From Octopus bimaculoides (taxonomy: Eukaryota): a stretch of DNA of 33,413 nucleotides. Position 1 is the first letter of the stretch. Each line of letters begins with the position of its first letter. This document shows positions 11,760 through 22,249 of this stretch, one piece after another. A model generated the notes under the pieces. It was not told the origin of the DNA. It saw nothing but the letters and a program-made list of their open reading frames with translations, and made no database searches. Where the stretch lies: contig NC_068981.1 of assembly GCF_001194135.2 (NCBI RefSeq), positions 51,603,734 through 51,637,146 of the forward strand, written 5' to 3'. Both the position numbers and the translations under genes were made by a program.

Positions 11760-12540
11760 GGATGCACATACATTTACGTATATGTATGCAAAACTACTCT
11801 ATGTCATTTATATAGACATATGTTTCCTGCTCAGACAAATACTCCACTCTTCTGTAGCTTACTACACTTCTTCATCGAAGAAGAATTATCTGCATTTAAG
11901 TTTGAAAATATGCAAATCTGGCGGAGCAAATGCTGGTAAATGGCTTAAGAGAGGTAGCTCTTCAAATCCAGATTTACGGATGGCATTTTTGGCACTTGAT
12001 TCGTAGGAGCTTTTACATGAGACCAGCACTGAACATTCCATGAGGCTTTGTCACGATGTAAATTCGTAGCCACCTTCTGAAATCAGTATTATAAGCACTT
12101 GTAATTGTAGTTTGTAGGTTATGAAACCAATTAAAGCCACATATTGAGAACTGTAGAAGAATAAGCGTATTGATTTCTGGCAGGGGGCCAAAGTTATAAT
12201 TTGTTTTTCTGCTTGGGATCAAAGTCCCATCTCCGTGTATTAGCCGCTATTTAAAATGACGCCAGTTTTTATCCGAGCCAATATTCTAGACATCCAACGA
12301 GAGGAAACCTATAACATGAATAATTCCATTAATTGATATTAAACAACTGGGCCGTCTTGACCGTAGTCAGTATTCAAGTGTACTTCTCCCTCACGACACT
12401 TTGTAGCCTAATGTTTGATGACAGGGTATGACGGGTAGTCTTTGTGGAATGCAGTTTGCATATAAGCGTTGATATCTCGCAACTCAATCTTCAAAAGCAT
12501 CGACAATTCAATAATAGCGCAATACTTCTATTTCTGCTTC
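11760..12540 (-). pseudogene. Ancient mariner transposase relic with internal deletions
   Basis: Minus-strand translation gives KYCAIIELSMLLKIELRDINAYMQTAFHKDYPSYPVIKH*ATKCREG (HTH-like), LHRDKAS (HQDNA-like), AIRKSGFEELPLLSHLPAFAPPDLHIFKLK (HPPYSPDLAPSDFHLF-like) and FDEEV**ATEEW...YINDIE (C-terminal-like), in the expected order. Confidence 0.7.
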
Positions 12541-12736
12541 TGATATTCGTCAGTAATGGTCACCTACTTCAATTTCCTATTGCATCTCAAATGTAAATAA
12601 CAAGAAAAATCTTTTAATTTTGTCTCACATAATATACGCAATATATTTATAACAAGGCAATAGAAAAGACAATAAATTGCCATACGTGGTGATCATAGTA
12701 AGATAGAATATTATAACGTGTATTTATAATCGGGTA

Positions 12737-12810
<74 letters not shown>

Positions 12811-13510
12811 ATGTGGGAGAAAGTGAAACAAGTGTGATATCCACCACAAAGTAGTACTAGGATAGATGCTATCTTCATCATGAGCACATACCACCGTCAT
12901 CCAAGCTTAGCTATAAGATTAAGTGTGTTCAAGCTCGTATGGAAGAAGTAAGAGAGATAAGGTGTATATTTGCATTGGATGCGGAATAAAGAGGAGTTAA
13001 GTATCAGTTTTAGCTTCAGAGCTGTTTCGGGAACATCAGGGGTTATGGCGTAACCACATTGTACATAATAAAGATCTATGTTGCAGCAAGTGTATGTAAT
13101 CATATAACATCCTATAGATCCGTTAAGCAAAGCAATTTGCAACTTTCGTCCGACGACGGACGTTACTGCATAACTCCTTTCACATACTTTGCTGTGCTAT
13201 TCCATGTCCTGTATTTGGCTTTCCATTCGACTAAATCCAAAACCACGCAGTTCCCAAGCTGTTTTCTTGAGTTCATAGTACGCCTACTCTTAAGTCGTAT
13301 TAAAGCGCGCACGCTTGTGTGTGCGTGTATGTGTATGTAGGAGAGAAAGACGGAGAGAAAGTAAGAGATTATGGTGATCACGTTTCTGAATATCTCTCAG
13401 AGGGTACCAATTTCGTTCTTTACTACCTTTACTATGCTCAATCATTGGACTACAGATATAACATCAGGTTTGAGTATTATAGTTAGACATATTTAGTCCA
13501 GTAAATGCGT

Positions 13511-14821
13511 TTGAGTTGGCAAATAAGTTCCCACCGTTTTTTTAAAATTTTCGAATTTATTGCGTTTTTAAATTTTGGAATCTATTATTTTTTTTTTATT
13601 CGAGAATTCTATTTTTGAATCATTTTGGAATCTATTTTGTTTGTTTTTTTCTTTCTAGTTAATTATAGTAATTTTTTGTTTATTTTCAGATCATTAAAAT
13701 GTAATGTCAAGTTAAGAAAAACGAACATTTCAACAATCCTTCATTTTGCTTTTAATTAAGGTTCTAAGGCCGCGAAAGCTGCTCGCGACATTTGTGCTGT
13801 GTATGGAGAGGGTGCCATAGCTGAAAGAACTGCTCGTGATTGGTATGCCAAGTTCAAACATGGAAATTTTGACCTCAAAGCGGAACCTCATTCTGGCCGT
13901 CCAGTTGAGTTCGATGAAGAGCAATTAAACCAACTTTTGCACGAACATTCTCGTTAAACGACAACAAGGGAACTGGCAGAGAAAATGGAATACTGCCACA
14001 CTACTATAGAGAAGCATCGTCACTCAATGGAAAAGGTTCAGAATTATGGAGCATGGGTTCCACATGCTTTAAGTAACAACAACAAAAATCAACGAGCCAC
14101 AATCTCCGCTGGTTTGCTTGCTCGTCACCGCTCAACTCATGGACACAAGCAATCATTTCTTTGCCGAATCATTACTGGCGACGGAAAATGGTGCCTGTAC
14201 ATCAATATGAAGCAGTGTAAGGAATAGCTTAGCCCCGGTAAACAAGCGACACCGCGCGTGAAACAAGATCTTCATCCGCGTAAGACGATGTTATACGTAT
14301 GGTGGGACTGGCAAGGGATTATCCATTACGAATTGCTTGAGCAGAATCAAACGGTCAAAGCAGAACTCTATGTTCAATAGATGGAACGACTCAACGCGGC
14401 TATTCAAGAGAAAAGACCTAATCGTCAGCATGAAGTTCTGCTGCACGACAACGCCCGCCATCATATCGCCAATATGACCAAGGAAGTCATTCCAACGTAT
14501 GGCTGGGAAGTGCTGCCGCACCCGCCGTGCTCTCCTGATATGGCACCAACGGATTTCCACCTCTTTCTATCTCTTTCAAATGCTATGCGCAGAATTTCGT
14601 TCAATGCTGATGCAGAATTGAGAGCTTGGTTGGATCAATTTTTCGAGTCGAAATCGGGTGATTTCTACCAACGAGGTATTGAAAATCGTGTTGAACGTTT
14701 GGAAGAAGTTGTAAATAACAAGGGTGAATACATTATTGATTAATTAGTTGTCATTTTTTTATTATATCTTTTAAAAAAATTAATTTTTTAAAAAACCCCG
14801 GTAAATCAGTTGCCAACACAA
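13511..14821 (+). mobile_element. Full-length (1311 bp) inactive mariner DNA transposon
   Basis: Imperfect TIRs: TTGAGTTGGCAAATAAGTTCCCACCG at 13511, and the reverse complement of the right end TTGTGTTGGCAACTGATTTACCGGG. TA at 14822-14823; left TA mutated. Transposase inside. Confidence 0.95.
13699..14743 (+). pseudogene. Mariner D,D34D transposase pseudogene
   Basis: Motifs SGRP, WVPHAL, TGDGKW, HDNAR, HPPCSPDMAPTDFHLF and terminal GEYIID*. I count 34 residues between the HDNAR Asp and the APTD Asp. At least five in-frame stops and one early frameshift. Confidence 0.95.
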
Positions 14822-15052
14822 TAGTTATTTTCATTTTTATTTATTGGATGGTTGAATTTATACTGAGCTTATATCTTCTGTCTCTCTTTGTAGCGTATAC
14901 CACAAGGAATTCGTACAAATTTACACCGGTTTACATAAAAATCACTACATCCATGCATGCATGCATACATACATGCATGCATATATATACATATATATAC
15001 ATACACACACACACACACATATATATATGTATATATATATATATAAATATAC

Positions 15053-15622
15053 ATGGATTTAAAAGACAAATGTACATGATAGAATAATATATAAATACAC
15101 AATTATTTTTTTAAAGATCTATAAATAAATAAATATATTAAAAATATATATGTATAAATTAATAAATATTTTTAAAAATCTCCGGATGGAAGTATAAAAA
15201 CGTTAAGACATGCGTATATAGGTAAAAATATTGGAGAAAGTTTGAAGTGGTGATGGAAGCGAAGTAAAAGATACAATGAGGAGCGAAATTAAAATAATGG
15301 GTATTGTATCCCTTTATCTTCCCGCAATGAACGCCAAGAAACGGCCGTTGGTACCCTACTTTAATTTTAACTGTCTCGAATTTTAATTTCGCTCTTCATT
15401 GTATCTTTTACATTGCTTCCATCACCACTTCAGACTATCTCCAATATTTTTACCTATACACACATGTATTAACGTTTTTATACTTCCATCCGGAGACTTT
15501 TTTTTTAAATCTATTAATTTACACATATATATTTTTAATATATTTATTTATTTATAGATCTTTAAAAAATATCTATCTATTTATATATTATTCTCTCATG
15601 TATATTTGTCTTTTAAATCCAT
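15053..15622. repeat. 570-bp foldback: 243-bp inverted arms (15053-15295 and 15380-15622) with an 84-bp spacer
   Basis: ATGGATTTAAAAGACAAAT...CTCCGGATGGAAGTATAAAAACGTTAA...GAGCGAAATTAAAAT is matched in reverse complement by the right arm, about 85-90% identity by eye. Confidence 0.93.
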
Positions 15623-16147
15623 CTCTAATCGGAGCCATGTTTGCGGATTGAATTATCAGGTCATTTGTTTCATCACATCATGTATTTATATCTTTCGTCC
15701 CAAGTTCCGCTTGAGCACTTCTAAGTCCAAACCTCTACATTGTGAGAGAATTCCTAATCAATCTTCTTTCTCAAAACAATCACATACAGACACACACACA
15801 CACACACAATTATCTATAGGCCCTGTCAGTGTATATGTATACAATTATGCCTTTTAAATACAGCATTAGAGCATTTTAGCTGTTGTTTCTAGCAATGTAG
15901 GTGTTTCAAACACCCCAGTCATATTTAGTGATGATTATAGTTTTTCTTTTGGTAGAACATTGCAGATCGCTGTGTATATTAATTTATACATAATTACATT
16001 ATATATTGTTGTGGTGGACGCCCCTAGGCGCAGGTCGGTCAGCGAAGGTACGCCGTTCAGACCAGTCCTGTAGAGACGATGAAATACGTCGTCATCATAG
16101 GACATATCATACACACACATATATATATACATTCATATATGCATACG

Positions 16148-16181
<34 letters not shown>

Positions 16182-16622
16182 NNNNNNNNNNNNNNNNNNN
16201 NNNNNNNNNNNNNNNNNNNNNNNNNNNNNNNNNNNNNNNNNNNNNNNNNNNNNNNNNNNNNNNNNNNNNNNNNNNNNNNNNNNNNNNNNNNNNNNNNNNN
16301 NNNNNNNNNNNNNNNNNNNNNNNNNNNNNNNNNNNNNNNNNNNNNNNNNNNNNNNNNNNNNNNNNNNNNNNNNNNNNNNNNNNNNNNNNNNNNNNNNNNN
16401 NNNNNNNNNNNNNNNNNNNNNNNNNNNNNNNNNNNNNNNNNNNNNNNNNNNNNNNNNNNNNNNNNNNNNNNNNNNNNNNNNNNNNNNNNNNNNNNNNNNN
16501 NNNNNNNNNNNNNNNNNNNNNNNNNNNNNNNNNNNNNNNNNNNNNNNNNNNNNNNNNNNNNNNNNNNNNNNNNATATATACATTCATATATGCATGCACA
16601 AACATATATGCACATGCATACG

Positions 16623-16653
<31 letters not shown>

Positions 16654-16795
16654 CACTTAGCCATACCGATACTAATATACTGCTGTTAGAATTCAATATA
16701 CATATATGCATGTTCTTCAGAACAAAGCGTCAGAACAGACCGGTAATATGAAATTAGTATGACAAAGAAATATGCAATTATGTTAAGGTACTTCA

Positions 16796-16940
16796 TTAGC
16801 TTACAGCTGTTTCTGCTACAGAAGATGCAATGGATTCATATTAGAATGCTTGAGTATCATCCTATAGCTTCATGAGACCATCAAACATGCACTCAAATAT
16901 GAATGCATTTCAGTTTATTGCAGAAACAGCTGTAAGCTAA
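16796..16940. mobile_element. 145-bp palindromic MITE-like hairpin
   Basis: Perfect 21-bp inverted repeat TTAGCTTACAGCTGTTTCTGC / GCAGAAACAGCTGTAAGCTAA, plus an inner imperfect stem AATGGATTCATATTAGAATGC vs GCACTCAAATATGAATGCATT. Confidence 0.75.
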
Positions 16941-17122
16941 CAAATTTCATAATATAATTTTTCATTTCTTTATCATTTTTATTTCTTATGCATACATGCA
17001 CACACACTCGTATATATGACTGCGTGTGTCTGTCTGTTTATACATACACACACACATACACACGCACACATGCAAATATATGTATTATAAAACTCGTGTT
17101 AACTGGAACATTAATTTTTATC

Positions 17123-17165
17123 TGATTGCTTAATCAACCTATCTCAGCGGTTGAATAAGCAATCA
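17123..17165. repeat. 43-bp stem-loop (17-bp stem with one mismatch, 9-nt loop)
   Basis: TGATTGCTTAATCAACC-tatctcagc-GGTTGAATAAGCAATCA. Confidence 0.85.
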
Positions 17166-17475
17166 AGCGAAACTTTAAGTCAGAGTCACAATGAGCTTTA
17201 CACTAAATTTGACCCTATTTTTAGTGTTGTAACCTCACGTCAGTAACTGATCTGTTAATAGTCTTAAACTTGTTTCCATAGCATAAACATATGCGCACAC
17301 AGTCATACAAACGCACACTCCGTACAAACACTCACACACGTACATACACGTATGTACGTGTTTACTTTAGTATATCTTTGTAAGTGTTAGATTTCATATT
17401 ATCCTTTAAATTATAATCATGTATATGCACACGCTCACATGCAAATATACATATGCTTATGTATATGTATATTTA

Positions 17476-17533
<58 letters not shown>

Positions 17534-17821
17534 CTCTCCTTATCGCCCATTTCTCTCTATATCTATGTTTATTTCCATCTTTATAGAACATTATGTAGAG
17601 TATGATATGTAGGCGAGAATCAGTGTTTAAAATCACAGCGATATGATGAATTATATTAAACGAAAAAATGAATAAAAATTTAAATGATTAATATTGCAGG
17701 TGTCGAGTGAATAAATACCTCGGAAAATTTTAACACAACGCAACTGTACTTGTTTCAACATTAAATTTCAGAACAAATACACATATATAAATACACCCGT
17801 TTGCAGACACACGCACACTCG

Positions 17822-17949
17822 CATTCATGCACGCGTACACACATACACGCATAGATATATAATCGAATAGATATTTATGTATATGTATTCACGCATCCAT
17901 CTATAGACACATATGTATTTATTTATTTACTCATACATATTACACGGCT
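17822..17949 (+). repeat. Copy A of a roughly 125-bp diverged direct repeat (copy B at 18781-18904)
   Basis: cattcatgc...cgaatagata...catccatctatagacaca...tactcatacatattacacggct vs cattcatgc...cgaataaata...catccacatatagacaca...tactcatacatattgcacggct. Confidence 0.8.
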
Positions 17950-18527
17950 TAAGCGGATAGTGTAAACAGAATGCTTGCATCCATACAATCACACATATAT
18001 GCGAACAGATTTGTAATCTTCATCGGTGCAATCAATAAACTCAATCAACGTCAGACGATAAAGTTAGTGTGAAGAGTTATATCAATACGTTTCCATGGGG
18101 TTTTATCAAAATAACTGAAATATACGTATTTAGGAACAGAGATTTAAAAATTTTTTTTTTTTTTACGCCGATGACATACCAAACAGTTTTCATTCAAAAA
18201 ACAAAACAGCATTCCCTAAGTAAAATGTCCTAAACACCAACGTTTTTATTTATTAAAAGATACTGACACTTCTACCCCATAAGAAACGTCACTATATGGC
18301 GGAAGCCACTGTGTGGTACTCAGATTGGTATTGGTATTCTATGACTACCTGTGTATCATATGATTGCAGGCATCGTGCAATATATATCATCAACTGTAAG
18401 TTATAAGCGCTGTTCAGATTTTTCAGCCGTCTACAAACACGTCTCCATAAATCCTCCTGATTTATACATGAGTAATTGTAAATATATCTCCCCAGTTGAT
18501 GGACTCCACTTTTCAGTCAAAGAGTAC

Positions 18528-18690
18528 AGGCGCAGGTGGAACTGTGTAATTAAGAAGCTTGTTTCACAATCATGTGGTCTTCGGTTCAGTCAAGCTACAC
18601 GGTATCTTATGGAAGTGTCTTCTATTATAACCCCGGACCGACTAAAGCTTCTTAAGTGGATTTGGTAAATGGAAATTGATAGAAGCTCGG
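18528..18690 (+). mobile_element. SINE head and central domain (diverged; family of 1786-2211)
   Basis: AGGCGCAGG...AAGAAGCTTG...CGGTTCAGTC...AAGTGTCTTCTATTATAACCCCGGACCGACTAAAGC...GTGGATTTGGTAAATGGAAA, followed by (GT)n. Confidence 0.85.
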
Positions 18691-18780
18691 CATTCGTATG
18701 TGTGAGTGTGTGTATGTGTATGCGTCAGTGTGTGTGTGCGTGCTTGTGCGTGTGTGTGCCTGTGCGTGCGTGTTTACACA

Positions 18781-18904
18781 CATTCATGCGCTCGCACACA
18801 TACAGGCAAAGACATGTAAGCGAATAAATATGTATGTATGTATGTATGTGTATTAGCACATCCACATATAGACACATGTATTTACTCATACATATTGCAC
18901 GGCT
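18781..18904 (+). repeat. Copy B of the roughly 125-bp direct repeat
   Basis: See 17822-17949. Ends where the long inverted arm begins. Confidence 0.8.
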
Positions 18905-19062
18905 AAATTACAATTTTGCTGCCTCTCAAGAACAATCTGGATCAGTAGAATGTTTTCCCACTGACAAAATAAGTTAGGTGTAGGCTCATTCAAAAACCAA
19001 ATATAGCAGGATATTTTTGAGGTGCGCTACCTTTCAAAGTTCTTTAAATTAGCTCAGGGATT

Positions 19063-19098
<36 letters not shown>

Positions 19099-19243
19099 NN
19101 NNNNNNNNNNNNNNNNNNNNNNNNNNNNNNNNNNNNNNNNNNNNNNNNNNNNNNNNNNNNNNNNNNNNNNNNNNNNNNNNNNNNNNNNNNNNNNNNNNNN
19201 NNNNNNNNNNNNNNNNNNNNNNNNNNNNNNNNNNNNNNNNNNN

Positions 19244-19326
<83 letters not shown>

Positions 19327-19575
19327 TGCCATTCACAAACAGGTGTTGACTATCATCATAGATATCCTTGCCTAAGACTGAAGATTTATGGTTTTTTGGG
19401 GAAACATAGATCTGTGCTTTCCCGTTGACCACTGATGATTTCTCTACAGTTCATTGTAATAATGTATTTTCATGAGCTTACCATTCAGGAGTAAATCCTA
19501 TTGACTCCTCATGCAGCATATCTCACTATACTCACATTGTGATCATACCCATATTCTGGAGGGTCCATGAGACCC
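18904..19575 (+). repeat. Left arm of a long inverted repeat (contains an expanded (CT)n tract and gap 19099-19243)
   Basis: Reverse-complement homology to 21284-21717: 68/78 matches in the outermost block, continuing through ggattaaaatctctc, catgtgccattcacaa, catagatctgtg, gttgaccactg, actcctcatgcag and gggtcc...gaccc. Confidence 0.9.
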
Positions 19576-19578
19576 ATA

Positions 19579-19793
19579 TGTGTCTTTATGTTTGTGTTCG
19601 TCTCCCACCAACGTTTGACAGTCGTTGTTGGTTTGTTTTAAGTCCCCATAATTTAGCGGCTCGGCAAGAAAACACGATAGAGCAGTTACCAGGCTTTAAA
19701 AAAAAAGGGGGTCGATTTCTTCGACTGAATCATTCAAGTTGCTGTCCTAGCATGGCTGCAGTTCAAAGACGAAAACAAGTAAAAGATAAAAAG
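19579..19793 (+). mobile_element. SINE tail (family of 1786-2211)
   Basis: gtgtctttatgtttgtg...ttgacagtcg...gtccccataatttagcggctcggcaaga...ggggtcgattt...agcatggctgcagt...aaacaagtaaaagataaaaga matches the reverse complement of 1786-2000. Confidence 0.85.
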
Positions 19794-20479
19794 ATAGAAT
19801 ATATCTCCTCAGATTCTATGTACATTTACTGGGTTCTCGGTTAAAAAAGAAAAAGCAAGAAACATATAAATTCGATTCCGCATTTCGTTACAAACATTGC
19901 ACATCATTCTGTATGGCTACCCGTTCATGTTTCAACTGCGATAATCGAATACTTTTTGTTCTGCAATATACTTCTAAAATCTATAACATATCATCAATGC
20001 TATTGTTACAGTTGCCTCTCTCCCCCATATCATACACTTAATATTTGAAAACTTCTGGAACTCATAAATCGCCACGCTATCCGTGCAAATAGCGACAGTT
20101 GAGAACATCAGCCATCTTCAATGTAATATATATACATAGATATGGACATGCGTGTGTTTGTCTGTGTGTGTGCAAAATACGCCTATAAGCATAAGAAATG
20201 GGAAAGCTCGACAATACATTGGTGTGATTTAATAATGCAATGCGATCAACGCTGAGAATATCACTGTAGTTGGCTCTAGACTCGTGTGATTATATAATAA
20301 TTGCATAATATATTCATCAGATTATTCTAGAACTCAAAACATGGTTTCTTTTTCCGTTGGACGAAAGTGGAAATTTTGGAATAAAAAGTTTTATGCATTC
20401 TCTATATAAATCAGAAGACGTCAGAGAAATGGAAAGAGAAAAGGGCATAATACTCAGATTCTCATCTAATAATTTATCT

Positions 20480-20674
20480 CACTTCACTTAAGAAAAACTG
20501 ACAGAATGATACAGGATGTGAGGAAGGTATATAGATATAAAGATAGATAAATGTAAAGCGTAAAGAAAGAAAAAAAAGCCAGAAAAAGAGAGAGAGCGGG
20601 GTACATTAACAAGGAAGAAAACGGAGCAAAAGGGGGGAAAGAAAGAAAGAAAAGAAGTAAAAGCGATGCAACAT

Positions 20675-20706
<32 letters not shown>

Positions 20707-20760
20707 AAAATTATGACTAGATAAAATAGGTGGTAAGAAATATAGATCGATATTAGCATG
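20480..20760 (+). repeat. Purine-rich low-complexity tract with (GAAA)n
   Basis: Read directly from the sequence. Confidence 0.85.
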
Positions 20761-21283
20761 AGTGGGGATGGATAAATGTAACATCATCTGGTTTTCTCAA
20801 TCCTACTCGCTTAATGTAAAATGTTATATAGCTAAAATGTTTCTCAAATTGGCAAGTATTACCTGTTTCAGCCAATTATGTAGGAAACTAACATATAATC
20901 GTAACACAAACATGAAAGACGTCATTTCATACAAACTCGCAACCTAAGGAAAACTGTCTTTACTTACTCAGCAATCCACCTCTATATTAAAGAGATTACC
21001 TCTCTAACAGAATTTTAGCAATAAAATTCCAATCAAGACAATACTGTCATGCGATACATAAGGGTGTGTGAAAGAAAATTTGATAAACATTATTATAACT
21101 CTTACCAACATTAAACTGCATACGATAGTGAGACTCTAGCTCGGGATTTCAGAAGTTTTGTGGAGTTAAGCCTTAGTCAATACTACTCTTAGGTTCACTT
21201 TGGCCAGCAGCGATAGTACCTGCCAAAAGCTCAAGTTATGAGTCAGGTACACAGCATTCAGAGGTGAACTGAAACCTAAATAA

Positions 21284-21717
21284 GGGTCTTATGGACCCGC
21301 CAGAGTATGAGCATCATCATATATCACGTGAACCAGTCCTTCTGCATGAGGAGTAAATAGACTCTATGCCTCAAACGTAAGCTCGGGAAAATAGGAGATA
21401 ATTACAACGAACTGTAAATAAACCAGCAGTGGTCAACAGAAAAACACAGATCTATGCTTCCCAAGAAAACCATGAATCTTCTGAGTTAGGCATAGAAATC
21501 TGATAATCAATGCCTACTTGTGAATGGCACATGAAAAGAGAGAAAGAGAGAGAGATTTTAATCCTTTACCTAATTTGAGAAAGTTTGAAATGCAACGCAC
21601 ACTAAAAATCACCTGCTGTATTAGTTTCTGAATGAATTGACACCTAATTTATTTTGTCAGGAGGAAAACATTATAATGATCTAGATTATTCAGGAAAGGC
21701 AGCAAAATTGTAATTTA
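21284..21717 (-). repeat. Right arm (434 bp) of the long inverted repeat
   Basis: Reverse-complement homology to 18904-19575. Confidence 0.9.
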
Positions 21718-22108
21718 TTCACTGATAAGAAAAGAAGAATAATGAAGCATAATAAGATGCCTAATCCGAATCGCTCAGGAATATGTAATCTCGAAGGGAA
21801 TTTCATGTCGCGAAATTGGTCCAAAATAAAACAAACACAGACAAAAGTACCTCCATACCACTTTCCGGCAAACCATTTAATAAAACAACGTCCGTACTTC
21901 ATATTATACTCCAATAATCGACTTCAGAATTTAACACGTAAGTCTGCATATCGCCATTCGTTCAGACTCTTCATGTGCTATTCTTTCTCATTCATTTACC
22001 TACCTTATTAACTATCTATCGATCTTATCTACCGTTCTGATAGTTGATTGTACTACAAACACACACACACGCACACACACAAACGATTATATGCACACAT
22101 AAAGCTCA

Positions 22109-22249
22109 CTCAGAAAGACTTATACAGTAACAGCACGGTGTTTCCTAGGGCTAAATAGCAATAGCATTCTTCCCTTCTCTAGGACTGCCATATTAAATTG
22201 GCAACAAACAATCACTTTATCGTGCTGCTACTGTATAAGTTTTTCTGAG
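22109..22249. mobile_element. 141-bp MITE-like element with 29-bp terminal inverted repeats
   Basis: CTCAGAAAGACTTATACAGTAACAGCACG (22109-22137) vs the reverse complement of 22221-22249, CTCAGAAAAACTTATACAGTAGCAGCACG: 27/29. No clear TSD. Confidence 0.7.

Noticed and set aside
11535-11939. 134-aa plus-strand ORF
   Set aside because: The 5' part is T-rich low complexity and the 3' part is the antisense shadow of the minus-strand mariner relic.
18904-21717. Calling the long inverted-repeat region an intact 2.8-kb DNA transposon
   Set aside because: No transposase inside, no TSD, and a SINE head and tail straddle the left arm.
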